A DNA stretch of 64,000 bases from Epithemia pelagica (GCA_946965045.2 OX337239.1:2294001-2358000); one strand, 5' to 3'. Counted from the stretch's first letter, positions 10,345-22,454 are shown. Numbers and translations: made by a program. The notes: generated from the letters alone by a model not told the origin.

Positions 10345-13300
10345 GAAGATGTCGTTGTGCTCTTGTTTGTGGTAGTTGATCTTCTACCAGTAACTGATGA
10401 CAAGGCCGACATCGAGTCACTTGTTGTATTTACAGTGATCCCAGCAACGTTGGCCGATGTTCCTGTGGCACTACCGTTGTTACTGCTTTGTTCCAGAACC
10501 ACCACAACATCAGTGGGCCCTTGTTTCTGCTTCAAGACAGAAACAAGAAGTTCGTGGTCGTCCACTGTGTCGTCGAGAACCTTTTCACCGAGTCCTCCAG
10601 TCAAATCAACAATCTCCACCGAATCGGCATAGGCGAGATCCTTTTCCCCTACAACTTCTTTGTCGTCAGTAGTATCGTCGAGGAATCCAAAGTTCAACAC
10701 ATCCTCTGTCTCCTTCTGCTTCAGGTACGCCTCCAGCTTCTTGATATTATCAAGCATTGCGTCAACTCGGACTCCGTCTGCTGGATGGTCTGCAGGGGAA
10801 TTGTCCGTTGCACTCCCAGAGACTACGCCCACACTAGTAGCGGCGGCACCTGTTGCTGTGGTGCTTCCCCCAGTAGGCTCATTGTCGTGAATTTCGATTA
10901 CATCGCGTTCTTTCCAGCTGTCGAGGTGTAATTCTGTGATTACTTGCTGGATTGCCTTGGGACGCTTGATCAATTCTTTCTCTGCTTCTGTGATCTTCGC
11001 ACGCACAGGCCTGGACACACACGTCAGAGACCGCATTTGAAAGTTATGGGGGGACTCCTTCCTCATGAGCCTGTTAGAATCCAACCAAGACGAACAGGAG
11101 AATACCCTCTCTTGGAAGGCATTTGTAGCTGGTTTACTCAACCATACAATTGCCGTTGGGAAAAGCCGTGGGTAGTTAGTCTTGTTAGCATCCCACCAGG
11201 CCATGACGTCAAAGTATTTGCCTACAGCAGTGAAGTCTTGCTTTTTGCATCGTACCGCGAACCATTTCTTCTTTGGATCACCCCAGTCAGTCAAATCCTC
11301 CAAGTACGCAGAGGTTGGGTACTGGTTGATCAGATCAGTCCATTGAAGACGGACCTTCCTTTCACAAAACCGCTTGTAGTCCATGTATTCTTCCTTGATA
11401 AGCTTCTCCAGTCTGTTGGCCCGATCAACTTCATTGTTCCCTGTGTTACTGTTGTCTCCAGCATCAGCGGTAGTGTCGTCCACAGCAAGATCAATATCAT
11501 CGAATATGTCAAAGGACGTCCCAGAAGCATCATCGTCGTCAGCCGTTACCAAGTTGTTCTCTCCATTCCCATTGGTTTCCGAATCATTGCTTGGAGCAGA
11601 ATTGTTGTTGTTTGCCGAAGGAGCATTTGAAGTCGTCCCTGTTCCTTGATTTGTGGCAGGTTCAGGAGCAGGAGAATAGTATTTTTCAAAGCAATCTTCC
11701 ATGAAGTTCTTCTCTATACGTTCAATGTCCGTGTCTTTGAAAAAGCCGATCTTTTTGAACAGGAGAGGACCGGAGGTACAAAGAAGGGGATTCGACAACA
11801 TCGCTTTTTCAGCGTCGACGTCCTTGGATTCCATCATGTAATGGCGATATTCTCTCAGGATGCGCAGGATCAAATCTTGGCTTGGAACAAGAAGAAGATC
11901 ATGAGCACGACGGACGCGTTTGCTGTCCAATTTCTTGATTGTCAAACTTGCATCCCAGGGTGATGTTTCCACGTCAAGAATTCGAACTCCTTTCTTCTGC
12001 ATCTGTTCAATGGCATACTTTGACAGGAAAATTTCTACCAGGGAAGCTGAGGCTGCAGATGGGTCGTCTGTTTGAAGTGTCATGGCACAGGACTGGAGGG
12101 GCTGAAGGATTCCCTCGTACTCTGCAAGTTGTTTCCAATCTTCTACGCTTGGATACTTGGATCTGAATTCATTATCATTTACCAGAGAGGATCGGGCATA
12201 ATCATCCATAATGAACTTATTGCGTAACAAACCGTGAAACATGATCAAACATCCCATCACTCGTGTGCCATTAGGGAGTTGAATCTCGACAATGATGCGA
12301 CCATTCTGTTTTGCGAACGATCTCAGGTTTTCAAAACGGGCCCGAGCCTTCTTGCTCATCAACCAAGACGCAAATAAATGGAATACCTTGTACAGAGCCA
12401 GGAATTCTTTGTTCTCATCAATGACAACACGGCCCCGTTTACGAATGGCCTGTCCGGTGGCATGCTTCAAAATAAGCTCTGCCCGGTGCATGTCGCATTT
12501 GCCGCCTTGTTCCATCCCTGTAATGTATTTTCCGGCCAATACAGCCGAGTTTGTGTTGTCGTTGATAGACGCACACAAATCGAGTCGGGTGAATCCAACC
12601 TGATTTAGAATTGTCTCCGTGTGATCGGCAACCTGTGCAGCAGAGTGGCCTTTGGTCTGTAGTAAGCCAATGGGTATTTTGTAGACGTTGCAATTGCGTG
12701 GGTCCGGAAGAATGAGGGTGACTCCAAGTATGTCCTTCTTGCAGCCCTGCCATACATCGTGGGCAAGGCATGCAAAGCGAATCCTTTTCCCACACCATGA
12801 CTTGAATGTCTCACGAATATTGTCGCCAAGGTTGTTCACTTCTCGAAGGAAAGAGTTGTAGGAATCAATCCGCATCGATGTCATAGCCCTATTACTGATG
12901 GATGCATCAGATGGGCGTAGGAGATTGGCATTGCTGATTGCAAATGACAAAAGAGACCGGAAGGCGGGCTTTTCCACAGTCCGTGACGGAAAGCCCATGT
13001 CGTTGACAAATTCATATATTTTCTTTTGAAACTCATTCCTGACTGTAGCACGAGTCACCGTAGTGGACACAAAAGAAGACATTTTCTTTTGGCCTTGTTT
13101 TTCCATGATTGCTTCTTCTCGGGTCTTTTTCTCAACTTCTTCCTTGTGCTTTCGCAAGCGGTGTTGGTTTATGTTGGATGAAGACTCGTGGTTGCCACAG
13201 CCAATTACTGCATCAAACAATGATGCATCAGGGTCGTCAAAGCATAGAGTACAAATTGTCAACCGTTTCGCAAGACAACTAAGAGTCTTGTCCTTTGCAT

Positions 13301-13883
13301 TGACTGGATCGTCACCCTCCTTCAAGACTTTAAGGCATTTACGAAGACCAGGTCTGTCAGTAGTGTCGACTGGAGAGTTGTCATCTCTGTATTTGCGGAG
13401 TTTAACCCAGTCAATATGATAGACTAATCCCCAATACGATCCTTTCAGGTTCTTGAAAATGGAGGGGGGAGGGGGTCTGAATTCGAGGATTTCTTTTTCG
13501 GCCTTGTATCTTGCTCTTGTTTCTCGGTTGCGCTCACCTTCCCCAGGAGGTTGTTCTTGGTTGTTGTTTCCTTGATTCCCATCCCCTTCGTTGTTGTTGG
13601 GATTGTTTGTAGAAGGGTTTGTGAGAGCAGGGTCAGTTGTTTCATTACCTCCGTTCGATGTGGTGGTGGTGTTCCCTTCTGCTTGATTTGATGCGGTGGT
13701 TATGTCGCCTTCAGCTCCATCCGATGCGGTGTTGGTAGTGTTGCCGTCGGCTTGATTCGATGCGGTGTTGGTGTGGCCTTCAGCTCCGTCCGATGCGGTG
13801 GTGGTGTTGCTGGTTTCAGTCATGGGAGAGATGGAGGATAAGCTTGCTGTTGTCACTTTGAGTTGGAAATCAGCAGGGATCAT
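10302..13883 (-). CDS. hAT-family transposase (~1193 aa)
   Basis: BED-like zinc finger (CTLC...NINQHRLRKH), LAHDVWQG (D), INDNT (D), CDMH (CxxH), and hAT C-terminal dimerisation region MAWWDANKTNYPRLFPTAIVWLSKPATNAFQERVFS (E). C-terminal RKRK NLS-like motif. First ATG at 13883. Confidence 0.92.
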   Translation of the reverse strand: MIPADFQLKVTTASLSSISPMTETSNTTTASDGAEGHTNTASNQADGNTTNTASDGAEGDITTASNQAEGNTTTTSNGGNETTDPALTNPSTNNPNNNEGDGNQGNNNQEQPPGEGERNRETRARYKAEKEILEFRPPPPSIFKNLKGSYWGLVYHIDWVKLRKYRDDNSPVDTTDRPGLRKCLKVLKEGDDPVNAKDKTLSCLAKRLTICTLCFDDPDASLFDAVIGCGNHESSSNINQHRLRKHKEEVEKKTREEAIMEKQGQKKMSSFVSTTVTRATVRNEFQKKIYEFVNDMGFPSRTVEKPAFRSLLSFAISNANLLRPSDASISNRAMTSMRIDSYNSFLREVNNLGDNIRETFKSWCGKRIRFACLAHDVWQGCKKDILGVTLILPDPRNCNVYKIPIGLLQTKGHSAAQVADHTETILNQVGFTRLDLCASINDNTNSAVLAGKYITGMEQGGKCDMHRAELILKHATGQAIRKRGRVVIDENKEFLALYKVFHLFASWLMSKKARARFENLRSFAKQNGRIIVEIQLPNGTRVMGCLIMFHGLLRNKFIMDDYARSSLVNDNEFRSKYPSVEDWKQLAEYEGILQPLQSCAMTLQTDDPSAASASLVEIFLSKYAIEQMQKKGVRILDVETSPWDASLTIKKLDSKRVRRAHDLLLVPSQDLILRILREYRHYMMESKDVDAEKAMLSNPLLCTSGPLLFKKIGFFKDTDIERIEKNFMEDCFEKYYSPAPEPATNQGTGTTSNAPSANNNNSAPSNDSETNGNGENNLVTADDDDASGTSFDIFDDIDLAVDDTTADAGDNSNTGNNEVDRANRLEKLIKEEYMDYKRFCERKVRLQWTDLINQYPTSAYLEDLTDWGDPKKKWFAVRCKKQDFTAVGKYFDVMAWWDANKTNYPRLFPTAIVWLSKPATNAFQERVFSCSSWLDSNRLMRKESPHNFQMRSLTCVSRPVRAKITEAEKELIKRPKAIQQVITELHLDSWKERDVIEIHDNEPTGGSTTATGAAATSVGVVSGSATDNSPADHPADGVRVDAMLDNIKKLEAYLKQKETEDVLNFGFLDDTTDDKEVVGEKDLAYADSVEIVDLTGGLGEKVLDDTVDDHELLVSVLKQKQGPTDVVVVLEQSSNNGSATGTSANVAGITVNTTSDSMSALSSVTGRRSTTTNKSTTTSSSRKRKAPPTHQAI

Positions 13884-15761
13884 ATTAGTGCTCGACACTC
13901 GACACTCAACAGCTCAAAACAAATGAGCGATGAGCAAATCTGAAGCTGTGTGAAAGAATAATGAGGGGCGATGAGCGATACCAGGTACCAGGTACCATGT
14001 GGTACATGCGCATTGCACATTGCACACATGTAACATGTACCAGTAACCAGTAAAGGTACGGCTTTGTCACTATTGGTGCAGATAGTACTGGGTGATTATA
14101 AGTCGGTATTGACAATATAATCAAAAAGTTACATTTAAAATCAGTAATCGTGAATTATTGAAACTTGGTTTCAGTATTGAAAAGTTGGTAATTGATTGTG
14201 ACGACTTAACTTCTTAATGAAAGTCATTCCATTATTGCGGTAATTTAACTTTGATTTCATTGTGATTAATAATTTACTATGTGATTTTTGATGAAAAATC
14301 AATAATCAGAAATGCAGGTATGTGATTTGATTGTGGTTACGATTTTAAGTGTTTAATCAAATAATCATGGTATTGATTTGAATGCATTCGAAAAAGTTGC
14401 AAAATGATATATGAATTTTGATTTGATTTAGTGAGAAAAGTCAGAAATTGGTAATTTAAGTGGTAAGTTGAAAGTTAGGGGTGCGTGACTTCAATACCCT
14501 GGTAAGGACGGCGTTAGGCACAATTTCCAAAACCAAATCCGGCCCGGCCCCGCACGGATTGGTTTTGTTGAGCTAAAGGATTGGCCTAAAAGCAGCATCC
14601 TAGTTTGGAAGTACTCCATAGTCTAGCTAGAAACTACTCCTAAAAGTCCTCAAGTCGTTGCTTCAGATCTTTGGATTGGGCATAGGCCCGAAGGTAAACT
14701 ACCTAGTCGCTTTCAATATATCCATGTTGGCTCTCAGAATAGAAGCATGATTTTTCAGATGCGTTTTATGTCTATATCCATCTGCATCTCTTGTCAAACG
14801 GGAGAGGCAACATGTCCATACAAGTTCCAAATTCAAGGGAAGGGAACGATTCAAGAGGTGTATATTTTCTGTCCTTCGTGCGTTGCGCAACTTTGGCCTC
14901 TTGTTTTTTTTTCAAAGCGCCTGCCATGTCAAATCGTCAGCCTGCCTTCGATCGTTGAAATCTGAACGCCGGCCTCGCCTCGTATTTTGTGCCATGAATC
15001 GTCTCACTTCTCACTTTTCGACGAACCACAAGAAATGACAATGGGGCTGCAACAAAATCGAACCATCCAGCAAAATGAATGACCATAGCATGAATACTAC
15101 TGTCAAGATCTACCCCCTGGATCATCAGTAAACGCGGCAATCAACCGAATGAGAAGAAGGATGAAAAATGACAAGATGACAATCAACCAGTGTGTGGAGG
15201 ACATCAGAGTCTAAGGAAGGACACAATACAATGGATAGGGCCAGGAAAACTAAACAAATAGGAGGAGTACCTAGATACATATAGAGTTGACTATGCTTGT
15301 ATTTTAGTTGCAGTCCATGTACTAAGAGCTTTCCTTGTTGTGGGCCATTGCCACTTGTCTTGTGTTTGTGCATGTTTTTTTCTGTTTCACGTGTGTGTTC
15401 ACTGTTCATCCTTGTGTGGGATTTCTTCGCGTCGTGCTCCTTATCAAGCCAAAGCCAGGGCGAAGCGCGCGAAGCCAGTTATGACAGTTGGTATGGACGT
15501 TATAAATACTGCTTTTAGAGTAAAAAACTGAGCTATAATTTCAAGTAAAAACTAAATTGAAAAAAGAAAAATGTCGGATGGATGACAGAAGTTATACACC
15601 CGCCGGAGCCCCAAATCCATGCGACTCGGCACTGGCTCTCCACATCGTACAAAGGTGTGTGCGACGTTGTGAACTGAACATGTCTCTGTGGGTTCCAGCG
15701 ACAAACTAGAACTCAGCGAGAGACACTCTTATCTCTCCAACGTAGAAATGCAACAAAATCG

Positions 15762-18700
15762 TCAGCTGTTTTTCCCATGTTCGTTGTTGCGACGCATAAT
15801 GTCATCAAATGGATCCGTGCTGGTTCCCGAAGTGGCACCGTTTTGAGCTTGTCCATTGCCAGTGGGACCATTATTTCCCGTTTCGACCGACGAGGAAGAT
15901 GCATTCTGTTGCAATGGGTCAAAGTCGTTTACTGATTTGTTTTGGCGGTGAAGGGGGACCGACTTAGGTGGCGGCTTCGGTTGTTGTGGAACTTGTGGGA
16001 CATGTTGTTGCTGCCAATAATGTTGTTGCTGCTGCGACAATTGGGGTTGTTGCCAGGAGGGAGGAGAAGAAAATTGCCATGCCGAAGGTTGCAAAGTTGT
16101 GGCGGTTGTCCCGGCTTGCTCTTGATGGGCAAGATTTCCCTGGAACTGAATAATGGGCTGTTGGAAGGCCATCATGGAATTTTGTGGCAAGTCGGTTTGT
16201 TGCACAAGCAACATCCCGGGTGCAAAATCTTGATAGCTAGTTGTTGCCGTGGTGGTAGACGACGGGTTGACATGTTGTTGCTCCTGCATCGGCATTTGCA
16301 TAAAGGGTTGTGTAGGAATACCCATGCCTTCCACATTGGCTAACCCAACGATGGGATATGCCATTGCTTGTTGGTCCATCATCAGAACTGGAAGTTGAGT
16401 TTGTTGGTACATTTGCTCATTTCCAATATTGCCATAGGACGGCGGTTGGAGGGAAAGTGAACCTTCCGCAAATTGGTGCTGATAAGGCTGATTGTGCGGC
16501 TGTGTTGTCTCTGACCGGAACAATGGATCAAACTCACTTGCTGCTGTAGTTTTTGCTGCTGTATGCTGTGAATTACTAGAATCTTCTGGGTTGATTCGCG
16601 TATTCCTGCCTATCGAATTCGAGTTGATCGTAGGCACAGCAAAACCATGCTGATGCTGCTGTTGTTGTTGATGATGGGGCTGGTGCTGCGGCAAGCTTGA
16701 TTGTGAATCAAAAGCATTTTTGCTTGAAGCCGAATTGGTCCGATAGTCGGCTACCTTGTTCCCGTTGCTAAAGGAAGGAGCTCGTTCTTTATGCACTGTA
16801 TCTCGTTGCGGACTAATCGAGGAAGGAACGGATTGAAAAGTGTTGGCGTTGGATGAGCCATTCATCTTTTCGGGTCGACCAGCGTCCATCTTTGTGGATT
16901 CTATACCAGGTTTCCCACGTGATGCAGAAGCAGGTTGCACAGGATGTTGTGAATTATCCGATTTCCCAGTTCCCAGTTCGGTTCGCTTTGATTTCGAAGT
17001 ATCGGTATCAACCTTTGGTTGCGCCTTGACGAAGTGTTTTCGTTCGGAATTATGGCTGGAACTGCCTGAAAGTTCTGACAATTCATTTGGTTCAAGAGAC
17101 TTGTCCCCAGATGTTCGCCTCTTTGGTCCGTCCTGGTTTGGTCCATCCACCGTTTGTCCCAAAGGTTGAGGTGGAAGGGGCGGAATGGAGTGTGATGGCG
17201 CAGCATTCGCCAAGGTAGAAGATGCTTGCGGTGGAGAATCAAGCTCACCGCTGGATATAGGCTCAGTGAAGGAAAAATCTGCCAATGTCTGTGAAGATCC
17301 CAGTTGCTCAGTAGTAGTAGTCGCCGTTTCATTGCTAGTGCAGGGATTGTTATCCAAGGACGCCAAGTCGGAGGATACCAGTCGCTGACTGTTGCTGTTC
17401 GTACCGTCGAGAGGGTGTTGTCCTCCGTTTGCAGCGTTGGACGCTGTATGTTCTTCATTTTCTCGTATTTTGGCCTTGAGAGCCTTGCACTTTTTCTCTG
17501 CCACTTCGCGCAGTCCGCGCTCTTCATGAAGCTTTCTCTCCGCATCCCTGGCTTTTCCTTCCAACTCCTTGTTTTTCTCTTTCTGTGGATATAAAAAATG
17601 ATACGACAAGTGAGCAAACTCACATAAACAAACAACTCATCCGGAATTTCGACTTACCAAGTACCTCATGTCCGTTTGCAAGCTCTTCATTTCGGATTGT
17701 AACGCTTTGATTGTGCGATCAGCGTCGAGAACTTCCGTTCTCATTTGATCCAAGAAGTAAAAGACTTTACCCAATCCTTTCTGGGAGGCCAAGTTTGGTT
17801 TGCTGCTCCCATTACTGCTCTTGTATCGATGTTGATACTGTTGCGGTTGTTGAGTTGCTTGCTCTTCCATTGGTCTGGTTTGTTCCGAGGGTGGATGTGA
17901 CGTATCCTGTGGAGGTGGTTTGGGCTGTCCGTTGGTGGTGGTCGAGCCGGTCCGAGTCAATGGCGCTTGCGATTCCTTGTTGTTGTGGTGCACCGCAGCG
18001 GCCCCGGATCCTTCTTTGGAATGTGGTTCGTTCAGCACAACTGTTGAGGACGAATGGCCATTTGACGGTGAATTGGATGGCGGTGCCGAAGACGTTGTGG
18101 TATAAAGAACTTGCTGTGGAACCAAGGTCGCTCTGCCACCATTGGTCATCATCACCGCCGCTTGTGTTGGAGCATACATTAAGCCAGCCGTGGTCGTTGT
18201 CGTAGCTGCTGCTCCGGGAGAACCTTTGGTTGGATCCGTGGACGCCGTATTACCAGTATGATGTGTCCCTTGTTCCATGTTCGGATTAGGAGGTGGACCA
18301 GCTGCTGTTGCACCGGGCGGTGTTGGAATCGTCGCAATCACAGTAGGTGCAGCCGTCAAGGTAATTGGCACAACTTGTGTTGTTTGATAAATGGTTGGAT
18401 CGGTTACCCGTGAGATGAAAAATCGGCCTTTTTTCCGTACGGCAGGAGCCCCTGGAGTTGTTGTTGGGGCTGCTGTCGTTGTCGTCATGTTGGGAGGCTC
18501 TGGAGCAGGTGGAGAGTTGTTTCGTGCTTGTCCCACAGCCGGTGTGGTCGATGCTGTTCGCGTTGATGAAGGGTCTTCGTGTCCCTTTACGGTAGCTGCC
18601 GTATTCACAATGGCTTTGTTGTTGGTTGTTGGTGACTGACGCAACTCCGTGGTTGGTCCAGGTGGTGTCGATTCCCCAGCTGCTTGAGTCGCAGTGGCCA

Positions 18701-19784
18701 CAGACTTGGGTTCCTCGCCCCCTGACGATGCCGCCGTTGCAGGTGGTACAGACGGCACCACAGCGGAGGGTGTAGTAGCTGTACCTCCTCCCACCAGATC
18801 AGAACCACTCACGACCGGTACTTCTTGCAACAAATTGAATCGTCCCTTTTTCTTTTTGACAACCGTCGTGGTTGCTTGCGACATGCGCACAATGGGTGTG
18901 GACCCCACCATACCCACAATGGTGGAAGGAGCAGGCGCCGAAACAGTCATCGGTGGATCGGTCGCCAAGATAGGTTGTTGTGGCGGTGGGCCCGACTCGG
19001 CTGACGACTGTTGTGGTTGATGCTGTTGTGGTTGCAATAGTTGCGAAGAAGAAGACGAAGGTGGGGGCGATGTGGGCGTCAAGGCACTTCTTTGAGATGG
19101 TTGCTTCTGAGGAGACATGGAGGGTGGAACCGTAGAACGTCCTCCCGATTGAGTCCGATGGTTGGCCGAAGGAGCCAGGGGTGGTAAGGACGTTCCTGGT
19201 ACAGGTTGTTTGTTTGGAGGAACGGCCATCTCCACGACTTGCTTCTCGGTTTGCGGCGAGGACGACTGCGATCGATGCCCACTACCACCATTGTTCAAGG
19301 CAGCACTGGGTTGCGGTTTGGGGGGAGGTGGTTGCTGTGTTGCAGGGGCTGTTCTCTTGTATTCCGAATGGCCATTGGTAGGTTGCAAGGCCGGTGGAGC
19401 TGTAGCGGCACTACTGGAGGAAACTGTACGTTGAGGGGCCGTTCGTGTAGGTGGTACCATTGCAGAAGAGGCGCTGGATACTGTTCCATTAGAGGGTGTC
19501 TGTTGTGAAGTAGCATCCACTGCGCTTTTAGAGTTTGCCATCGATACAGGATTTGCATCGATCGAAGGTGCTGCCGTAGTCATGTTTCCTCCTCCCAGAC
19601 TGTGAATGCTGTTGCTGGAAAGCACAGCACCATTTTGTGACAGGCTTCGTTGGTGTGGTGGTCGTGCTGAAGCTCCATTTGCACAAGTTGAAGAAATCTT
19701 CGAATTGTTCGCAGTAGAAGTTGTTGTTGTCCCAGAAAGTGTGCTATGAACGCCGTTGGCGTTTGGGTTTTGAGTTGTCATCAT
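15762..19784 (-). CDS. Large low-complexity protein with central coiled coil (~1315 aa); exons 17658-19784 and 15762-17582
   Basis: Phase-0 intron 17583-17657 (GTAAGT...CAG) joins the two ORFs inside a coiled coil (..TDMRYL|KEKNKELE..). Carries KKGRF motifs and FDPL/DPF motifs. Confidence 0.75.
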
Positions 19785-21545
19785 GATTGCGAACGGGAGG
19801 CAAGGTTTGCAAGTGACAGATCGAAAAGGAATGAGATGACTGGCTGATCACAGCATATAAACGGTGACAGTGGACACGGGCAAAGACTGCCAGACTGCTA
19901 AGCGAGCGTAGCTTGTCGTTACGACAGGGAATGGAGCGTTTTCTTATCCGTGTGATTCACCATTCACTGCCAAATAACTCCTTCCACACACCAAATCTCA
20001 GGTCTCTTGGTAATAACACACTTCACCGCACACGTTAAGTGAGATGTGGTGCTAGATGGAGCGAATCTCCAGAAAGACCAGCCAGAATGACTGTAACTTG
20101 CAGGTAGACCCCCGCCTTGATGAATCGACGAGAAAACGTCCGTTCGTGGGAAGAACGCGTTCAAACTCAAACGTTCCTCGTTGCAACAATGCTTGCATCC
20201 AAGGCTGGTCAATGGCACGAGAATATCGATCAATACAGTGCTACCTCGTTCCACGAAAGAACAAGAAAAAGACTTGTTCAAGTGACTCGTAATCGTAGTG
20301 TGTGTATAGAAGGAAGCAAGGAGCCCCAAAGGAGAGTCTGTCTCTCCTGCGCCGTCTCAAAAAAAAAGATGGGGGCGATGATGCGGCGCAGCATTCGGTG
20401 CTCGCTTCCTTTCCCCTGTCGTCCTCAAAGACACCTTCTTCGGTATTATTTGTTTGTGGGTGGAGTGTTCGATGAGCACCTGCATCCGCACCGCCCGCCT
20501 CAACGGCAGTCCGTTCTGATCCGTACTACGGACACCTATATTTGTACATTATTTCGTATAGAGGGTCATGCCTACGTACGCAGCATGCATGTCCGTACAC
20601 TAGCTATGAGAAATTGAACCTTCAGGGGACCCGATCCGATTCCCAGAGCGCGTGTCCTCTTTTTTCCGCGCTTGCATATGAACGGGTGATGCGCGCGAAT
20701 GCCGGGCACGAATTTGGCCGTCTCCGACAAAAACCCGGATTCACACAGACCGACCGATCGAGAGTCGAGAGTGTCCTGACCTCACAATTTCCCATTTCCA
20801 ACTCTCCCCTTGAACCCTCTCCTCGCTCTAGGTAGACAACAAACCGAGCGGATGCATTGATTCATTGTCCATGCTTCACAAAGTAAAAGGATGTGGACCA
20901 CCAAGAAAATGACCATGTTGGTAACGGGCCTATCCTGCACGGAGTCAATCAAGACCCATTCTACTTTTTATCGTTCGAACGGCCGCATCTCACTCTGTTG
21001 TTCAAAGCTGCGTGCAAACTTCATACAAGAGTTTGCACCACGCCGCCACATTGTACCATTGTGACAAATATGCGACGGTTTATCAGTGCGATGATGTTTC
21101 CTGTTCGTTGACCTCGGTTCTGACCATCAACACTAACGTGGGCAAGCTCTGGACTACACCGTATGAGATAGTGAACGTCGACATAAGAGGATATGTTCAT
21201 GGATGGTATATGTTTCTATTACACCAGAGACCAGTCACTACCTTGCTGGACTTTGTACAATCTCTTGCCTTCCACGATGGCATTATCAAGAAAGCCTAGC
21301 ACAATGGCATTGTCAAGAAAGCCTCTCCATAGAGGCGGAGGGCAAACTCACCTCTTCGTCATATCCACGAAATGCTTCATGTTACATTTCGTGGGAGTTG
21401 TAGCCTGGAGGAGAACTACACTGCTCCACTAAACTGGAACCCACAGAATCATGGACTTTGCGGTCGGTATGGATCTGTTTGGCAAGGTACTAACACAGAA
21501 ACTTTTCACATTGCATGGGATTCCGTCCATCGCAGAGGAGCTTGG

Positions 21546-22280
21546 TTATTGAGGCGGCGGCAAATCCAGAACAACTCGAATGCCGGACAGCTGCCACAGT
21601 CCCACCAGAACCGCGAATCCAACATCTTCGACAACTTTTAGTAGCACGTTTTGGTCTGGCAACAAATGTTGGGGGCTCCAAATTCCCATGACAATCATTT
21701 CCATCAATCCACCTCCGACCACTGGAAGCCAGAGGGCACAATGAATCATTCTCCAGACAGTCTGCCTTTGAGACGGAGGCAGGGAGCCGTATTTTGTATC
21801 AAAGCGCAAATGGACAAATGCCAACACGTACAAGACGCATGATATCCCAATCAGGAGCAAATAAGGGAGTGCGTCGACCGACCAGGTAGAGAAGCTGCCA
21901 GTAGGCCACCTGGCTGTCATTACCACCACCACAACGAGTGACAGGCATGTCCGCACATCTCGAGGCTCCAATTGGAACGGACTCGGTAGCTCCTGAAGTC
22001 GGTTCCAATAAACATGGCGGTAGGCTTCTTGTCGAAGCAAAATGAGATTTAAGCCGACGAGGAGCCATTCCAGTTCCATGTACGGGTCGACCACTGCGCC
22101 ACAGGTTTGACATTCTGTCAATTGAAGATTGGCGGTACGACTGGTCGTTGTGTTCTTCTTGGCAGCATCTGGTTGCCCATTGGCCGACAAGAGTCGATAG
22201 AAATCAGGAGACGGGCTGCCACATGACAAACAACGATACCGTTTGGGAGCCTGTCGTTCACTGTCGTTTGTAGTTGACAT
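21546..22280 (-). CDS. ARV1: ARV1-like protein (sterol/GPI lipid homeostasis, ER membrane)
   Basis: Arv1 homology domain: CLSC...LTECQTCGAVVDPYMELEWLLVGLNLILLRQEAYRHVYWN, followed by hydrophobic segments. ATG at 22280. Confidence 0.8.
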   Translation of the reverse strand: MSTTNDSERQAPKRYRCLSCGSPSPDFYRLLSANGQPDAAKKNTTTSRTANLQLTECQTCGAVVDPYMELEWLLVGLNLILLRQEAYRHVYWNRLQELPSPFQLEPRDVRTCLSLVVVVVMTARWPTGSFSTWSVDALPYLLLIGISCVLYVLAFVHLRFDTKYGSLPPSQRQTVWRMIHCALWLPVVGGGLMEMIVMGIWSPQHLLPDQNVLLKVVEDVGFAVLVGLWQLSGIRVVLDLPPPQ

Positions 22281-22454
22281 TTGGAGATTGAGTTGTTGAC
22301 CCGTTCTCCATTCTCTCCATTGTCTCCCTCCGACAACCCGACAGTCAGTCGGTCGCCCCAGAGGAGAACTCCGCGTGGAGTCCCGTTTCCCTTCGTGACT
22401 CAGATCGTTTGCAGGCCAATCACAAATCAGAATCAGACATCGAATCTTCCGACC
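22281..22454. promoter_or_regulatory. Compact bidirectional promoter region between ARV1 and the DnaJ gene
   Basis: Only 174 bp separate two divergent start codons (inferred from position). Confidence 0.5.

Larger units (their letters stand above)
7676..14501 (-). mobile_element. Autonomous hAT DNA transposon (6826 bp) carrying a transposase plus an EndoIII-like DNA glycosylase gene
   Basis: Perfect 14-bp TIRs CAGGGTATTGAAGT (7676-7689) and ACTTCAATACCCTG (14488-14501). Perfect 8-bp TSD GTAAGGAC (7668-7675, 14502-14509). AT-rich subterminal regions. Two intact convergent ORFs. Confidence 0.95.
7271..14586. mobile_element. Non-autonomous PIF/Harbinger (Tourist-like MITE), ~482 bp when rebuilt, split by the hAT insertion
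   Basis: 17-bp perfect TIR GGCCAATCCTTTAGCTC (7271-7287) and its reverse complement (14570-14586), with imperfect extension (CAAAACCAA). TAA direct repeats at 7268-7270 and 14587-14589. Confidence 0.8.

Noticed and set aside
14590-15700. Short ORFs right of the MITE
   Set aside because: No motifs; consistent with intergenic or 3' UTR sequence.
19960-21500. Short ORFs and a 25-bp repeat with 27-bp period (21273-21324)
   Set aside because: Only two repeat units and no recognisable protein. Not a CRISPR array or defined element.
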